From the IMG/VR virus record IMGVR_UViG_3300021087_000009, positions 11,252-75,251 of that record: a stretch of 64,000 nt of DNA, one strand, 5' to 3'. The number at the start of each line of letters is the position of its first letter. The first letter of the stretch is position 1. The position numbers were made by a program, and so were the translations under genes. Below the pieces are notes generated by a model, which worked only from the letters and a program-made list of their open reading frames with translations, was not told the DNA's origin and made no database searches. This DNA is from a virus. This document shows positions 27,301 to 37,788 of the stretch, piece after piece.

Positions 27301-29628
27301 TTATATTACGCAACTCTCACAGTCTTCTTCGGATTGCTTTGTAATGTCGAGTTGAGGTTGAAATGAATTAGGTGTGCTTTCGGAAGCGACTTCTATCGGA
27401 GTTTCAGTTGCATCAACTTTGAAGTCGTATGTGTTTTGATAATAAGATGTTTTCCAACCTAGCTTGTATGTCATTAGCATATCTTGAATCATAGTACTCA
27501 TTGGTACTTCGTTGTTTTCAAAGTGTGTAGGATTGTAACTCCAGTTACCACTAATAGCTTGGTCGAAGAATTTTTGCATTACAGCAACAATATTAATATA
27601 GCCTTCGTTATCAGGCATATCCCATAGTAGGGTATAGTAATTTTTTAAAGTTTGATATTGTGGAACAATTTGCTTAAGAGGCCCTTTTTTTGATTTCTTA
27701 ACAGACAAGTATCCTCTAGGCGGTTCGATTCCGTTTGTGGCATTTGACACAATGCTACTGCTCTCTGATGGCATTTGTGCAGACAACGTTGAGTGCCGTA
27801 GGCCATGTTTTCTAATATCTTTGCGTAAAGTATCCCAATCATATTTTAATGTTATATTGCATACTGCGTCTAAATCCTTCTTATAATGATCAATGGGCAA
27901 TAGTCCTTGTGAATATTTAGTACGATTGAAGTACTCACATTTTCCTTTTTCAACAGCAAGGTTGTTAGAAGCTACTAATAGATAGTATTGAAATGCTTCT
28001 GTTAGTTCGTGTACTTTTGTTAATGCTTTTTTGTCATTATACTTAACTTGATTCTTTGCTAGATAGTGTGCTAAACCAATATATCCAATACCTAAAGATC
28101 TACGTGCTTTTGTGCTTATTTCAGCCGCTTTTACAGGATACCGTTGGTAATCTATAATTTCATCTAATGATCTAACTGCTAGTTCACATAGGTTTTCTAA
28201 TTCTTCTAGTTGATTAATTTTACCAACATTAATAGCAGAAAGAATACATAATGCAATCTCACCCTCTTCGTCGTCAATGTGTTGTAACGGTTTAGTTGGT
28301 AGTGTAATTTCTTGACATAAGTTACTCATATAAACAGTATCAGTAAAAGAACTATGCGTATTACAATGGTCAACATTCATTATATAAATGCGACCAGTTT
28401 CTGCTCTTTCTTTGATTACAGATGAAAAAAGATCCATTGCAGGAATTTTCTTTTTTCTAAGTGAAGTTTTACGTTCATACTTTTCATAAAGTTCTTGGAA
28501 TAAATCTTGGTCAGTAAAAAATGCTTCATATAAATCTGGCACATCATGTGGTGAGAATAGAGTAATATCTTCATTTTTTAATAATCGTTCGTACATCAAT
28601 TTATTCATTTGAATTGAATAATCTAATTTACGGACACGATTATCTTCAGTACCCTTGTTATTTTTTAATACAAGAATATCTTCAATTTCTAAATGCCATA
28701 AAGGGAAGTGCGTTGTTGCACTACCACCACGTACTCCGTTTTGAGTACAGCATCTTACAGTTGCTTCGAACTTCTTAAGAAACGGAATCACACCTGTGTG
28801 AGCAACTTCACCACCTCTAATTTTAGAATTAATAGCTCTTACTCTACCCGCATTGATTCCGATGCCGGCCCTTTGGGCAGTATATCTACCAATCGACATA
28901 TCACTAGCAAAAATACTATCAAGGGTATCGTCACTATCGACAAGAACGCAAGAAGCAAACTGTCTAACAGGGGTACGGACACCAGCCATGACTGGCGTCG
29001 GGATATTGATTTTAAAAAGTGAGGTCGCATCGTAATATCTCCTTACATAATTTAAACGATCCTTTTCTGGATACTCAGCGAACAATGTTGCCGCTATCAT
29101 CATATACATAAATTGTGGAGACTCAAAAATTTCTCCAGTGCTTCGATCTTGACAAAGGTATTTGTCTACAATTTGTCTTAGACCTGCATAGGTAAAATTT
29201 TCGTCTCTCTGATGTTTAATAAATTTGTCAAGAGTTTTAATCTCGTCAGAAGAATACTTTTCTAAAATAGCTTTATCATATACTCCACGTTTAATATTTT
29301 TATCAATCATTTCTTGTAAAGTAATTGGTTTGAAATGACCAAACGCTTCTTTGTATATTGGATAAAGTAATAATCTTGCCGCGGCAAATTGATAATTAGG
29401 AATATCTAAAGTAATTAAATCATTTGCTGACCTAATTAAAATTTCTTGTATTTCGTTTGTTGACATTCCATCATAAAATTGAATATTTGCATTCATTTCA
29501 ATTTGTGATGCACTTACATTTGCTAGTCCTTCACATGCCTCTTCGACTACGAAGTGTATTTTATTTACATTAAGTGGTACTAATTTTCCATCTCGTTTTT
29601 GAATCTTTATTCCTACGCCGTTTGACAT
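27301..29628 (-). CDS. nrdA: ribonucleotide reductase class Ia alpha subunit
   Basis: ATP cone, QFASCVL, SNLCQEI, TNGIEP, C-terminal CESC. Confidence 0.97.
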   Translation of the reverse strand: MSNGVGIKIQKRDGKLVPLNVNKIHFVVEEACEGLANVSASQIEMNANIQFYDGMSTNEIQEILIRSANDLITLDIPNYQFAAARLLLYPIYKEAFGHFKPITLQEMIDKNIKRGVYDKAILEKYSSDEIKTLDKFIKHQRDENFTYAGLRQIVDKYLCQDRSTGEIFESPQFMYMMIAATLFAEYPEKDRLNYVRRYYDATSLFKINIPTPVMAGVRTPVRQFASCVLVDSDDTLDSIFASDMSIGRYTAQRAGIGINAGRVRAINSKIRGGEVAHTGVIPFLKKFEATVRCCTQNGVRGGSATTHFPLWHLEIEDILVLKNNKGTEDNRVRKLDYSIQMNKLMYERLLKNEDITLFSPHDVPDLYEAFFTDQDLFQELYEKYERKTSLRKKKIPAMDLFSSVIKERAETGRIYIMNVDHCNTHSSFTDTVYMSNLCQEITLPTKPLQHIDDEEGEIALCILSAINVGKINQLEELENLCELAVRSLDEIIDYQRYPVKAAEISTKARRSLGIGYIGLAHYLAKNQVKYNDKKALTKVHELTEAFQYYLLVASNNLAVEKGKCEYFNRTKYSQGLLPIDHYKKDLDAVCNITLKYDWDTLRKDIRKHGLRHSTLSAQMPSESSSIVSNATNGIEPPRGYLSVKKSKKGPLKQIVPQYQTLKNYYTLLWDMPDNEGYINIVAVMQKFFDQAISGNWSYNPTHFENNEVPMSTMIQDMLMTYKLGWKTSYYQNTYDFKVDATETPIEVASESTPNSFQPQLDITKQSEEDCESCVI

Positions 29629-29684
29629 GTGCTTTAATTTTCCTTTGCTTTAGTTCTTGTTAATTTAGTAAATGATAATTGTAT

Positions 29685-30110
29685 TTATTGTAACCGTGGC
29701 ATCTTGTAAATTCGTTGTGGTATAATTGTTGTGGGCAATTCATTTTTTTGAATAACTCCATCATAATTATAGCACAAAACTTTAGACTCAATGTGCAAAG
29801 GGTATAATAATTCTTCATTTACCTTGTCTATACTGATATGTATCTCAAACTTGGAATCTTTAAACCTATCGGTTAACTGTAGAGTGTAACAGGTTCCTAA
29901 GGTTAACATAAAATCACAATACTTATCATGATCTAATAACTCCCATGGAGTAGGCCAAATAGCTTGATTCCATGGATCCGTACTTAATTTACACCGCTTT
30001 TTGGTATTATAATAATCAATAACGTCTTCGAAGGGTTTAATACTCTTTTCTAGTTTAGAACGAAAATCGTTCCAACGCTTTAATTTAATCTCGAATAATT
30101 CGTCTAGCAT
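29685..30110 (-). CDS. hypothetical phage protein
   Basis: 141 aa, WPTPWELL motif. Confidence 0.6.
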   Translation of the reverse strand: MLDELFEIKLKRWNDFRSKLEKSIKPFEDVIDYYNTKKRCKLSTDPWNQAIWPTPWELLDHDKYCDFMLTLGTCYTLQLTDRFKDSKFEIHISIDKVNEELLYPLHIESKVLCYNYDGVIQKNELPTTIIPQRIYKMPRLQ

Positions 30111-30113
30111 TAA

Positions 30114-31742
30114 CTATGACTTATACTTTACCTTAAATATTATGTTACCTGTATCAGCTGTAGTAGAGTTTAACATCTCTACTATGGTTGTGTCAACTAT
30201 TGTGTCGCCATTTTCATCAGTAAGACTTGCTCTAAATTTTATGTTAGTTTCAAAAGTTGAACCACCCAAGTAACTATGATCATCTGTTAGTGTTGCTGTT
30301 CCAGTTGAACGGTTAATTAAAATTTCCAAAGTGCCTTGTCTTACAGCATTTACGGCTGAAGATCTATATATGTAATCAATATAGATTGTTCGATCAGCTT
30401 CGGCTGGTGCCCTTAATACTCTAGTGTATGAGTTATATTGAACAACTGGAATATTATATGAGTATTCCATATCGTAAATAGCAGGCCCTTCAACTTCTGG
30501 TACATAAGGAAATCCAGAAATTAATGATTGGTCATATGTTAAACGTCTAGTTCTGTCAAAGTAATCATTTGTTGAAATATTAGTATATGCTGTACCAAAG
30601 GAATATTTAATAATTGAATGTGAAGCATTTCCTTCTGTACCGCCATTATTTCCCACACCAATAAAAGTGTTATGTGTGCTTGTATTATTATTACCTATAT
30701 GAATCCAAATACCTTGTTTATCAATGTCTTGGAATTTACAATTACTAATATTGTTATTAATTGGACCTGTTAACATACCTGCGGCATTAATAACAGTACC
30801 GTCACCAAACACAATACCATATCCTAATGTTTCAAAAACACATTTGTCCCATAAGTTATTTTCAATATCATATTTAGATTCAATACCTCTAGCAAAGCCT
30901 TTGATAGAGATATTTTTAAAAGTATTCCTAATTGAATTAACAGAAGTACTTAATGCTCCCATGTAAATACCAACTTGATTAACAAGATGTCCTGCTCCAC
31001 TAGTCCAAGGACCATTAATAATAATATCTTCAAACGTACTTTCTCTACAACTTTGTATTTTTAAGCCAACATTATTACTTGTAGTCTTTATAGTCATACC
31101 CTTAATTGTAATGTGTCTTGCTTGATTTAATGTTGTACTTGTAGCATCTAATGCCGGTGATCCCGGAGTACTGCCACTATTTACAGTTTCGAATATAGGT
31201 TGATCTACTGTTTGTGTAATAATAACTTTATCGCTACCAGCACCTACTATAGTTGCATGTGGAGGTACTTTTAGTGAAGCTGAAATTGTGTAATCACCTG
31301 CTGGAATTGTTAACGCAACTCTACTTGCTGTACTACCTTTAGTAGCAGTATTAATATATAATTGATCAATTGCCTGTTGTAATTTTACTGTTTGATCTGT
31401 TGCGTCACCTAACGCACCAAAACTCTTAACACTAACAGCTTCATCTAATCTGTCTTGTAATGTTCTAGTAACAGGAAGTGTTGGTGTTTCTCCTGTCTGC
31501 ATAGTTGCAATTGGTTTTTGATACTGATACTGATCAGCAAATGTAAAAAGATTGTCATGTTGTGTTAATATTTTACTATTACCAACTGACGGAGATCCTT
31601 CAGATACTGAGCCATTACCTATGTAAAGTTCACGAGTATCTACGGCCCAACCTAGTTCTCCACCTGCTAATTGCGGAATCCCAGAGCCTACGTTCTTTTG
31701 ACCTCTTCTAATTTGTATACGACTGATCTGGACTATTGCCAC
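30114..31742 (-). CDS. tail/baseplate-associated beta-helix protein
   Basis: RIQIRRG...LAGGELG N-terminal anchor; VSVKSFGALGD pectate-lyase-3-like start; late promoter. Confidence 0.7.
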   Translation of the reverse strand: MAIVQISRIQIRRGQKNVGSGIPQLAGGELGWAVDTRELYIGNGSVSEGSPSVGNSKILTQHDNLFTFADQYQYQKPIATMQTGETPTLPVTRTLQDRLDEAVSVKSFGALGDATDQTVKLQQAIDQLYINTATKGSTASRVALTIPAGDYTISASLKVPPHATIVGAGSDKVIITQTVDQPIFETVNSGSTPGSPALDATSTTLNQARHITIKGMTIKTTSNNVGLKIQSCRESTFEDIIINGPWTSGAGHLVNQVGIYMGALSTSVNSIRNTFKNISIKGFARGIESKYDIENNLWDKCVFETLGYGIVFGDGTVINAAGMLTGPINNNISNCKFQDIDKQGIWIHIGNNNTSTHNTFIGVGNNGGTEGNASHSIIKYSFGTAYTNISTNDYFDRTRRLTYDQSLISGFPYVPEVEGPAIYDMEYSYNIPVVQYNSYTRVLRAPAEADRTIYIDYIYRSSAVNAVRQGTLEILINRSTGTATLTDDHSYLGGSTFETNIKFRASLTDENGDTIVDTTIVEMLNSTTADTGNIIFKVKYKS

Positions 31743-31766
31743 GTTTCAACTCCTTGTTTTATATAT

Positions 31767-32441
31767 TTATGCGAAACGGTCATAGTACTGGTACACCCTA
31801 TCCCACCATTTATTCTCCCATGACTTAAAGGTGTCAGGAAAAATGTCAAATTGCTGGTATGTAAGGTCTCTACAGCATACAAAAACGTGGCCTTCGCTAA
31901 TATTAGTACCGTAAATTTCATTATGTGCTAGAGCATAGGCTACTAACTGCATTTTATAGTCATCAACCCATTCTTCTTTTTTAGGCTTATTTGATTGCTT
32001 GAAGTCCATGATGCATTCTTGACCTTTAAAGACGCCTACAAGGTCTGTAGTTCCTGCATATATCTTAGGGTGGTATAACTGTACTTCACTACCCCATATT
32101 TCGTCTACGTTTGAAAGAGCTTGTTCTTTAATCACGCTAGCCATCTTATTTGCTTGTAGGCTATACGGATTAGAGCCGGCCTTAGGCCATTCATCTGTTT
32201 CAACATAGTCCTCTAAAAACTTATGCATACGAGTACCTACACTAGCGGCTTCAGTAACAATTTCTTGAGCTTTAACTTCTCCTACCCGTTTACGCCAAGC
32301 AATAAGTTGGGTTTTATCTTTAGTCTTATCTAAAATTGTTGTAACACTTGCTACAGAATTACCATCTGGACAATCATATAATCGTTTACCGTCTACAGAT
32401 TTTTTATCAATAGTAGTATAGTTAAATTTGTTTGATATCAA
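31767..32441 (-). CDS. PD-(D/E)xK exonuclease
   Basis: SVTTIL, GTRMH, YAGTTD, IMDFKQS, QLVAY. Confidence 0.85.
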   Translation of the reverse strand: MISNKFNYTTIDKKSVDGKRLYDCPDGNSVASVTTILDKTKDKTQLIAWRKRVGEVKAQEIVTEAASVGTRMHKFLEDYVETDEWPKAGSNPYSLQANKMASVIKEQALSNVDEIWGSEVQLYHPKIYAGTTDLVGVFKGQECIMDFKQSNKPKKEEWVDDYKMQLVAYALAHNEIYGTNISEGHVFVCCRDLTYQQFDIFPDTFKSWENKWWDRVYQYYDRFA

Positions 32442-33000
32442 ATGTTTTCTCCGTTGGTTTTAAATAATCAAAGGCAAAGTTAATTACAAAACATCTTCGT
32501 GGTTGTTTGCCGGGATAAACTCCATGGTATACTCTACCATCCATAATAACAGTTTTGCCTGGATAAGAATGAAACTGTGATACAATCTGTGTGCCGTCAG
32601 GATGTGGAAGTAGTGTAAACAGAGCTCCATCAGTTGGTTGTACTTTATCTCGTGGACTATCAAAATACATTACCATACTAAGCAATTGAGGTTTCTGTGT
32701 ATGATTGTGTACACTTTGATATCCACCATCACCATATTCAATAGCCCAGGTTTGATCTACTTTAAGATTAGTAATAGGCATATATGTTTTAACTTTGTCT
32801 TGTACCCACCTAGTTAAATTGTCTGATACTTCTTCTATATTAATAGTATATTGTGTGCGGTCAGGGTATGGTGATCTTTGTGCAAAACGAGTTGTAAAAA
32901 TATCTTTATAGTCTTCCCACAACGGATAATCGGTCTCAATAACAAATTGATTGTTAGCACTATAAAAGTTATCACCCCACAATGGGGACCCGGTCACCAT
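32422..33000 (-). CDS. putative 2OG-Fe(II) oxygenase
   Basis: YQSVHNH...HGVYP...RR. Confidence 0.65.
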   Translation of the reverse strand: MVTGSPLWGDNFYSANNQFVIETDYPLWEDYKDIFTTRFAQRSPYPDRTQYTINIEEVSDNLTRWVQDKVKTYMPITNLKVDQTWAIEYGDGGYQSVHNHTQKPQLLSMVMYFDSPRDKVQPTDGALFTLLPHPDGTQIVSQFHSYPGKTVIMDGRVYHGVYPGKQPRRCFVINFAFDYLKPTEKTFDIKQI

Positions 33001-33653
33001 ATTTTTTCATCCGGATCTAACCATGCATAATCAAAGTCAATAACAACTGTTCGTCTTGATCCTTTTACAGGATAAACTCCATGGAATACTTTGCCGTCCA
33101 ATATAATACATTGACCACGTTTCGATATATAATTTCTAACAATTTGAGATCCGTTAGGTTCAGGCATAATTGTATAAAGCATACCATAACTTGCTTTATC
33201 TTTTTCTTTTCCATCAAGATCGGGTTGATCATCAAGGTGAAATACAACTGAGATTGCCTGATCACCATGACTATGTAAGCCTTGGTACCCGCCTTCATTA
33301 TAATCAATACACCAAGACATATTAATTTTTAAGTTTTTAATAGGAATCATTTGCCCACGACATTTAGCTTCAACCCACTTAGTAAGCCCTATTACTTTAT
33401 CTGATACGTCCCATTGAGTTCCCCATTTGCGAGATTGTTCTGTTATTTCAGCTGTTACATCAAATTGATAGCCGTTAATAGTAAATTTGCCTTCGCTGTC
33501 ATCAGGCCCTTTGTTATTAAATAACACTTCAAATTCTTCGATAAAAGGACAATGTGTTTCAATTATAAACTCATTCATACCTCCCTTAACAACTTTATCG
33601 CTAAGGGGAGAGTTTCCTATTAACTTTTTAATGTCTTTTGGCGAGCTACTCAT
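32994..33653 (-). CDS. putative 2OG-Fe(II) oxygenase (paralogue of neighbour)
   Basis: YQGLHSH...HGVYP...RR. Confidence 0.65.
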   Translation of the reverse strand: MSSSPKDIKKLIGNSPLSDKVVKGGMNEFIIETHCPFIEEFEVLFNNKGPDDSEGKFTINGYQFDVTAEITEQSRKWGTQWDVSDKVIGLTKWVEAKCRGQMIPIKNLKINMSWCIDYNEGGYQGLHSHGDQAISVVFHLDDQPDLDGKEKDKASYGMLYTIMPEPNGSQIVRNYISKRGQCIILDGKVFHGVYPVKGSRRTVVIDFDYAWLDPDEKIW

Positions 33654-33735
33654 TATTATTTTTCTCTAAGAGATGAGGGTTGTTTATTTCATTCATAGTA
33701 GTAGTATATACTACTTTTTTAACGAAGTCAAGTAA

Positions 33736-34020
33736 TTACTGAGCGTTAGCAGTGGCACGTTTTGCCATATCGCCTACTACATCAGCATTGGAGTCAGCTT
33801 GGGGAATTTGAGCATCGGAAGGTGCTTCAACTTTAGTGTTTAATGTAATACCTTTATCATCAAAGTTTTTGACATAGTTTTGTATTTCTGGATTGGCATC
33901 GTAAACAGCTTTGAATCCATTATAATCAAAATGTGTTTGATCAAGGTTAGTCATAATTTTATTGATAGCGTCGAAAGAAAGATAGGCAGGCTGATCTTTA
34001 TTATCAGCACCGCCTATCAT
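33736..34020 (-). CDS. hypothetical protein, possibly the -1 frameshift extension of the upstream gene
   Basis: Reading frame is open back to the slippery site at 34068-34077. Confidence 0.6.
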   Translation of the reverse strand: MIGGADNKDQPAYLSFDAINKIMTNLDQTHFDYNGFKAVYDANPEIQNYVKNFDDKGITLNTKVEAPSDAQIPQADSNADVVGDMAKRATANAQ

Positions 34021-34061
34021 ATTCCTAAAAACTGAGATTAATTGTGTTTTAAAATTTGTCT

Positions 34062-34970
34062 CTAAGACTTTTTTTTTGAAGCGTCTCCGCTTAAAATGTT
34101 GCCTAGTCTACGTGATCGTTCAACTGATTCGCGTTTTGCTCTATCAGCCGTTTCTTCTCCGCCTGTAGCAGGAGCACTTGCACCAAATTCATCGTCTACT
34201 GGAGCTTCAGCATCTATGTCACCTTCAGCGCCTGGTTCTGCATCAACTGGTTCCATTTCTGGATCTTCTGCAGGAGCTTCTTCATCGCCGCCCGGCATTA
34301 CTTCTGGTCCACCTTCGCCTGTTATAATGGCTACGCCACCTGTGAGTGCTTCACGTGTAGTTTCAAATACTGTATATAAATTCTCAAGTGCTGGTTTTAC
34401 AGTTTGAATGAATTGTTCGCTCATTTCACTGCCTAGTTCGTCACGAATAGAATCGCCTAGTTCTAGCATTGATTCAGTTTGCATTTCTGCTGTGTCTTCC
34501 ATCCAGCCTGTAACTCTATCAACCATGTCCTTTGCGGCCATAACTAATTGAGCTGATTCTTCAGCGCCTTCTTTAACTGTTTCTTTCTTAGAAGCCTGGA
34601 AATCTTTTGACATTTTAGTATACTCGTCGCCTTTAAGCTCACGTACTGTCTTACCGTGGTTATCTTTTAGCCATTTAGTAAACCCTGTTTTAGGATCTTC
34701 GCCTTCTGATACCCATTCAGCTCTTTCTTCAATTTCTTTGTTAATAGTGTCTAGGAATAGTTTACCTTTTTGGTACGCATCGCTCTTATGAACAGTTTCA
34801 AAACTTTCGTTAGTTTCAACATCTGCTAATTGGGTACGCAATTTATTCCTTGCATTCTCAAGTTGCTCTAGTGTAAAAGAGGTTAATCTTAGCTTTGTAC
34901 CGAATGACTTAGCAAGATTCTCATTCAACGCTTTCGCTGTTAATGGTTTTGATAGTTCATTAATTTTCAT
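34062..34970 (-). CDS. putative head scaffold/core protein
   Basis: MKINEL start, helical body, acidic Gly/Pro-rich tail, late promoter. Confidence 0.55.
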   Translation of the reverse strand: MKINELSKPLTAKALNENLAKSFGTKLRLTSFTLEQLENARNKLRTQLADVETNESFETVHKSDAYQKGKLFLDTINKEIEERAEWVSEGEDPKTGFTKWLKDNHGKTVRELKGDEYTKMSKDFQASKKETVKEGAEESAQLVMAAKDMVDRVTGWMEDTAEMQTESMLELGDSIRDELGSEMSEQFIQTVKPALENLYTVFETTREALTGGVAIITGEGGPEVMPGGDEEAPAEDPEMEPVDAEPGAEGDIDAEAPVDDEFGASAPATGGEETADRAKRESVERSRRLGNILSGDASKKKS

Positions 34971-35004
34971 AGTGTATTCCTATCCTAAGTGTTATAGTTA
35001 TTTA

Positions 35005-35439
35005 TCATCTCTTATCAAAGATATGCCCGTTCAACTGGCTAGTATAATGCCAAGTGTGATCTTTTGCAATATCAAATCTTACTAATGCTGACTCTATTCT
35101 AAATTCATCATTAGTAGATTCTATGGTATTTTTAGCAAAAATGCTATCCATATAGTGTTTTCCTAGCTTTTGGTCCAATTCTAGTATTTCGTCCAGTGAA
35201 TTATCACGGTTTTTAGCTATTGCAGTTGCATACGCAATAGCACCTCTTTTACTAACAGTTTCGGCTATCCGCTTACTTCTTTTTACGTCAAATACTAAAA
35301 AGCCTCTTTTAGTTTCCCTAATAACAACATTTTTAATTCTTACACTTTTGCCTTTAGCATAAGGAAAATATATATCTTGAAGACCATGCTCCATAATATC
35401 GTTAAGTTCTTGTTCAAGTTTATTTGAGTTCATTAGCAA
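35005..35439 (-). CDS. hypothetical protein
   Basis: 144-aa ORF in operon. Confidence 0.55.
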   Translation of the reverse strand: MLMNSNKLEQELNDIMEHGLQDIYFPYAKGKSVRIKNVVIRETKRGFLVFDVKRSKRIAETVSKRGAIAYATAIAKNRDNSLDEILELDQKLGKHYMDSIFAKNTIESTNDEFRIESALVRFDIAKDHTWHYTSQLNGHIFDKR

Positions 35440-35626
35440 CTACCAACACCATATTCTTATTGCGTACTCTACTTACTAATGCTTTGCGTATAAGTGACTC
35501 AATAATGAATTGTTCTCGTTCGTGGAAACTATGTAAGGGCAATGGATAATCAAGTTTATTTAAAAGTTCTTTTTCTTCATTGCTCACTGCGATAGTGAAT
35601 TTGCTTATTAATTCGTTTATCTTCAT
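35420..35626 (-). CDS. hypothetical protein (MKINEL N-terminus)
   Basis: Translationally coupled to upstream gene. Confidence 0.6.
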   Translation of the reverse strand: MKINELISKFTIAVSNEEKELLNKLDYPLPLHSFHEREQFIIESLIRKALVSRVRNKNMVLVVANELK

Positions 35627-36102
35627 TACGAAGCCTTCATACTTGGATCATCAGGTACAGAACCTTTACCAGCTACTGCATCTGCTTTTGCTTTTATAAT
35701 TGGATCTAATTCTTTTTTAGTGTATATGAATGCTGTTGGCTCACCAGGTTTAGGCTTTGGATTAGCTACTGTAACTTGGTCACCTTTAACGTCTTGAATA
35801 CTAAATTCTTGTTCTTTTCCACCCATCGAGGGCATTGATAGTGAAGCACCTTTTTTAAGGACTGCTCCAGCTACTTTTTGTTGTGCTTTGTTTATTATAT
35901 TAGCAGTACCTTTGGCAATTTTTTGTCCTATGCCTTTTCCTGCTTTAGCTCCTAAATTTGCGGCTTGACCTGCCACTTTTGCGGCACCTTTTGCTACAGC
36001 AGACCCCATCTTTGCTCCTACACGGCCCAGGGCCGCTATGGCAGGAACAATTTCTACTATTTGTTCCTCGTCAACCTTATTTTTAAATTCATAAAAACGC
36101 AT
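35626..36102 (-). CDS. Ala/Gly/Lys-rich putative virion protein
   Basis: Probable start MRFYEFK at 36102, which avoids overlap with the upstream gene. Confidence 0.6.
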   Translation of the reverse strand: MRFYEFKNKVDEEQIVEIVPAIAALGRVGAKMGSAVAKGAAKVAGQAANLGAKAGKGIGQKIAKGTANIINKAQQKVAGAVLKKGASLSMPSMGGKEQEFSIQDVKGDQVTVANPKPKPGEPTAFIYTKKELDPIIKAKADAVAGKGSVPDDPSMKAS

Positions 36103-36106
36103 AACT

Positions 36107-36529
36107 CTATTTAATCCTTTTTGACTTAACTTTTTTAGGTTTGAATGCCTTAGTTGCTGTCTTAGATACATTTCGCTTAGGTATTTTTCTACTTGTCGTT
36201 GATTTTTTTCTTCTAGTAACAGCTTTATCGTATCTTTTTTGTGATAATGGTTTATTAGCTTTTGCAATACGTTTTGAAGTTGCACCTGCTCTTTTACGTC
36301 TATTAATTGATTGTTGGGTAGTTGCTCCTTTTGAACGTCTTACTTTCTTTAGTGTGTTCATGCTTTTTACATTTTTAGCCGCATTACATGTATCAGCTTT
36401 AGCAACAATACGTCCTTTTCTAGTACCTGCCGTACATCTAAATTTCCTAACAACTTTACCTTTATTTCGTCCCCAGATTGCTACAACGCCTTCTGTTAAT
36501 ACTTCTGGAACTATGTCAACTATACGCAT
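36107..36529 (-). CDS. highly basic putative internal/DNA-binding protein
   Basis: WGR..GKVVRKFRCT.G.RKGRIVAK; paralogue of neighbour. Confidence 0.65.
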   Translation of the reverse strand: MRIVDIVPEVLTEGVVAIWGRNKGKVVRKFRCTAGTRKGRIVAKADTCNAAKNVKSMNTLKKVRRSKGATTQQSINRRKRAGATSKRIAKANKPLSQKRYDKAVTRRKKSTTSRKIPKRNVSKTATKAFKPKKVKSKRIK

Positions 36530-36531
36530 GG

Positions 36532-36885
36532 TTACTTCTTCCTCGTTGACTTAACACGTTTAGGCTTGAATGGCTTCATACCTCTTTTTGGTGATTTAGT
36601 AGTAGACCTAGAAGCTTTGTTCAGTACTTGTACTCTAATTGAAGCTGGGTTTGTACGCATTGTCTTATTTCTCTTACGCATCATCTTTGCTCCGAGTTTA
36701 GCTCTAGTACGTTTCATCCGTATTCTTGCTTTAACATTAGGAGCGGCAAAACATTGTGCTATTTTAGCCACAATCCTACCTTTGCGTTTACCTACAGTAC
36801 AGCGGAACTTTCGAACCACATCTTTACCTCGGCGTCCCCAGATTTGCTTCTCGTCAAGCGGTTGAGTTATTTCACGTAGCAACAT
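36532..36885 (-). CDS. highly basic putative internal/DNA-binding protein
   Basis: WGRRGKDVVRKFRCTVGKRKGRIVAK. Confidence 0.65.
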   Translation of the reverse strand: MLLREITQPLDEKQIWGRRGKDVVRKFRCTVGKRKGRIVAKIAQCFAAPNVKARIRMKRTRAKLGAKMMRKRNKTMRTNPASIRVQVLNKASRSTTKSPKRGMKPFKPKRVKSTRKK

Positions 36886-36913
36886 ACGTGTATTTATGTG
36901 TTTAGTAAAAGGA

Positions 36914-37162
36914 TTAGTTAAAATTCATAAGGATGACAACGAGCGTGGAAAGTAAGCCTGCAATTATAGTACCTGTGGCACCAACTATTACTTTCATCAT
37001 CGACTTGTTACCATGTAATATATCGGTATGGATATGTTCGACTTTAGTTTCAATTATTGTTAATCGACGTTCTAAGGTTTCATAGCGTTCGTGACATAGT
37101 GCCACGTGGGCTTCTAAATTATCTGCTTCAATGTCTTGTTGAGTGCGTTTCTGTTGCACCAT
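36914..37162 (-). CDS. coiled-coil plus C-terminal TM protein
   Basis: LEAHVALCHERY, hydrophobic C-terminus. Confidence 0.6.
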   Translation of the reverse strand: MVQQKRTQQDIEADNLEAHVALCHERYETLERRLTIIETKVEHIHTDILHGNKSMMKVIVGATGTIIAGLLSTLVVILMNFN

Positions 37163-37279
37163 TATATCTCTCCATTCCGTTAATTATCGTGGAAGGGGCC
37201 TATTTTTAATCGCCTTATATTATAATGTATGCCTGGTGAAACGCAAAGAATCTAACAACTTAACTTTTCACAATAGTAT

Positions 37280-37702
37280 TTATACTTGTGGTCCATCAGT
37301 ATTATCTACTAACTTAAATACTATATTTTGTGCCTGTACATCTGTTGTTCTAAATGCGTCATTATTATTTAGTATAGTTTCTGATAATCCTTTAATAACT
37401 GGGACTAAATCAAAGTCAACCTTTAAGGTGTCTTCACTTAGTGCATAATCACGTTCAATACTTAAACGAAATGTCCAAACATTATGCTGACCTTTATGCT
37501 TAGTACCAAACCCTAAATTATCAACCTTACATTTCTCTGCTGTTGGCCAAGTTTCAAACTCTGGATTAACTCGCATACTTAATACTTGGAAAAATGTATT
37601 CCAATTTGCTTGTTGATTAATCAGCATCCGATCCTTACTTTTAAATTTAGTTTGACCAGTTTGTGTTATATCAATTAATGTTTTGATTTCAAATGATTGC
37701 AT
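37280..37702 (-). CDS. hypothetical phage protein
   Basis: TLIDITQTG...QQANWNT motif. Confidence 0.6.
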   Translation of the reverse strand: MQSFEIKTLIDITQTGQTKFKSKDRMLINQQANWNTFFQVLSMRVNPEFETWPTAEKCKVDNLGFGTKHKGQHNVWTFRLSIERDYALSEDTLKVDFDLVPVIKGLSETILNNNDAFRTTDVQAQNIVFKLVDNTDGPQV

Positions 37703-37724
37703 GACTTGTATACTTATCGGTCAT

Positions 37725-37760
37725 AAAAAAAGGGTCCAGTAAAAACTGAACCCTTTCTTA
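37725..37760. terminator. bidirectional intrinsic terminator
   Basis: AAAGGGTCCAGT-AAAA-ACTGAACCCTTT flanked by A/T tracts. Confidence 0.7.
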
Positions 37761-37788
37761 TTAGTATAACTCTAAAATATAAGCTAAA

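Noticed and set aside
26168-29628. Introns or inteins in nrdA/nrdB
   Set aside because: Both genes are uninterrupted and of normal length
36103-36285. N-terminal extension of ORF 35626-36285
   Set aside because: It overlaps the neighbouring gene; MRFYEFK at 36102 is the better start
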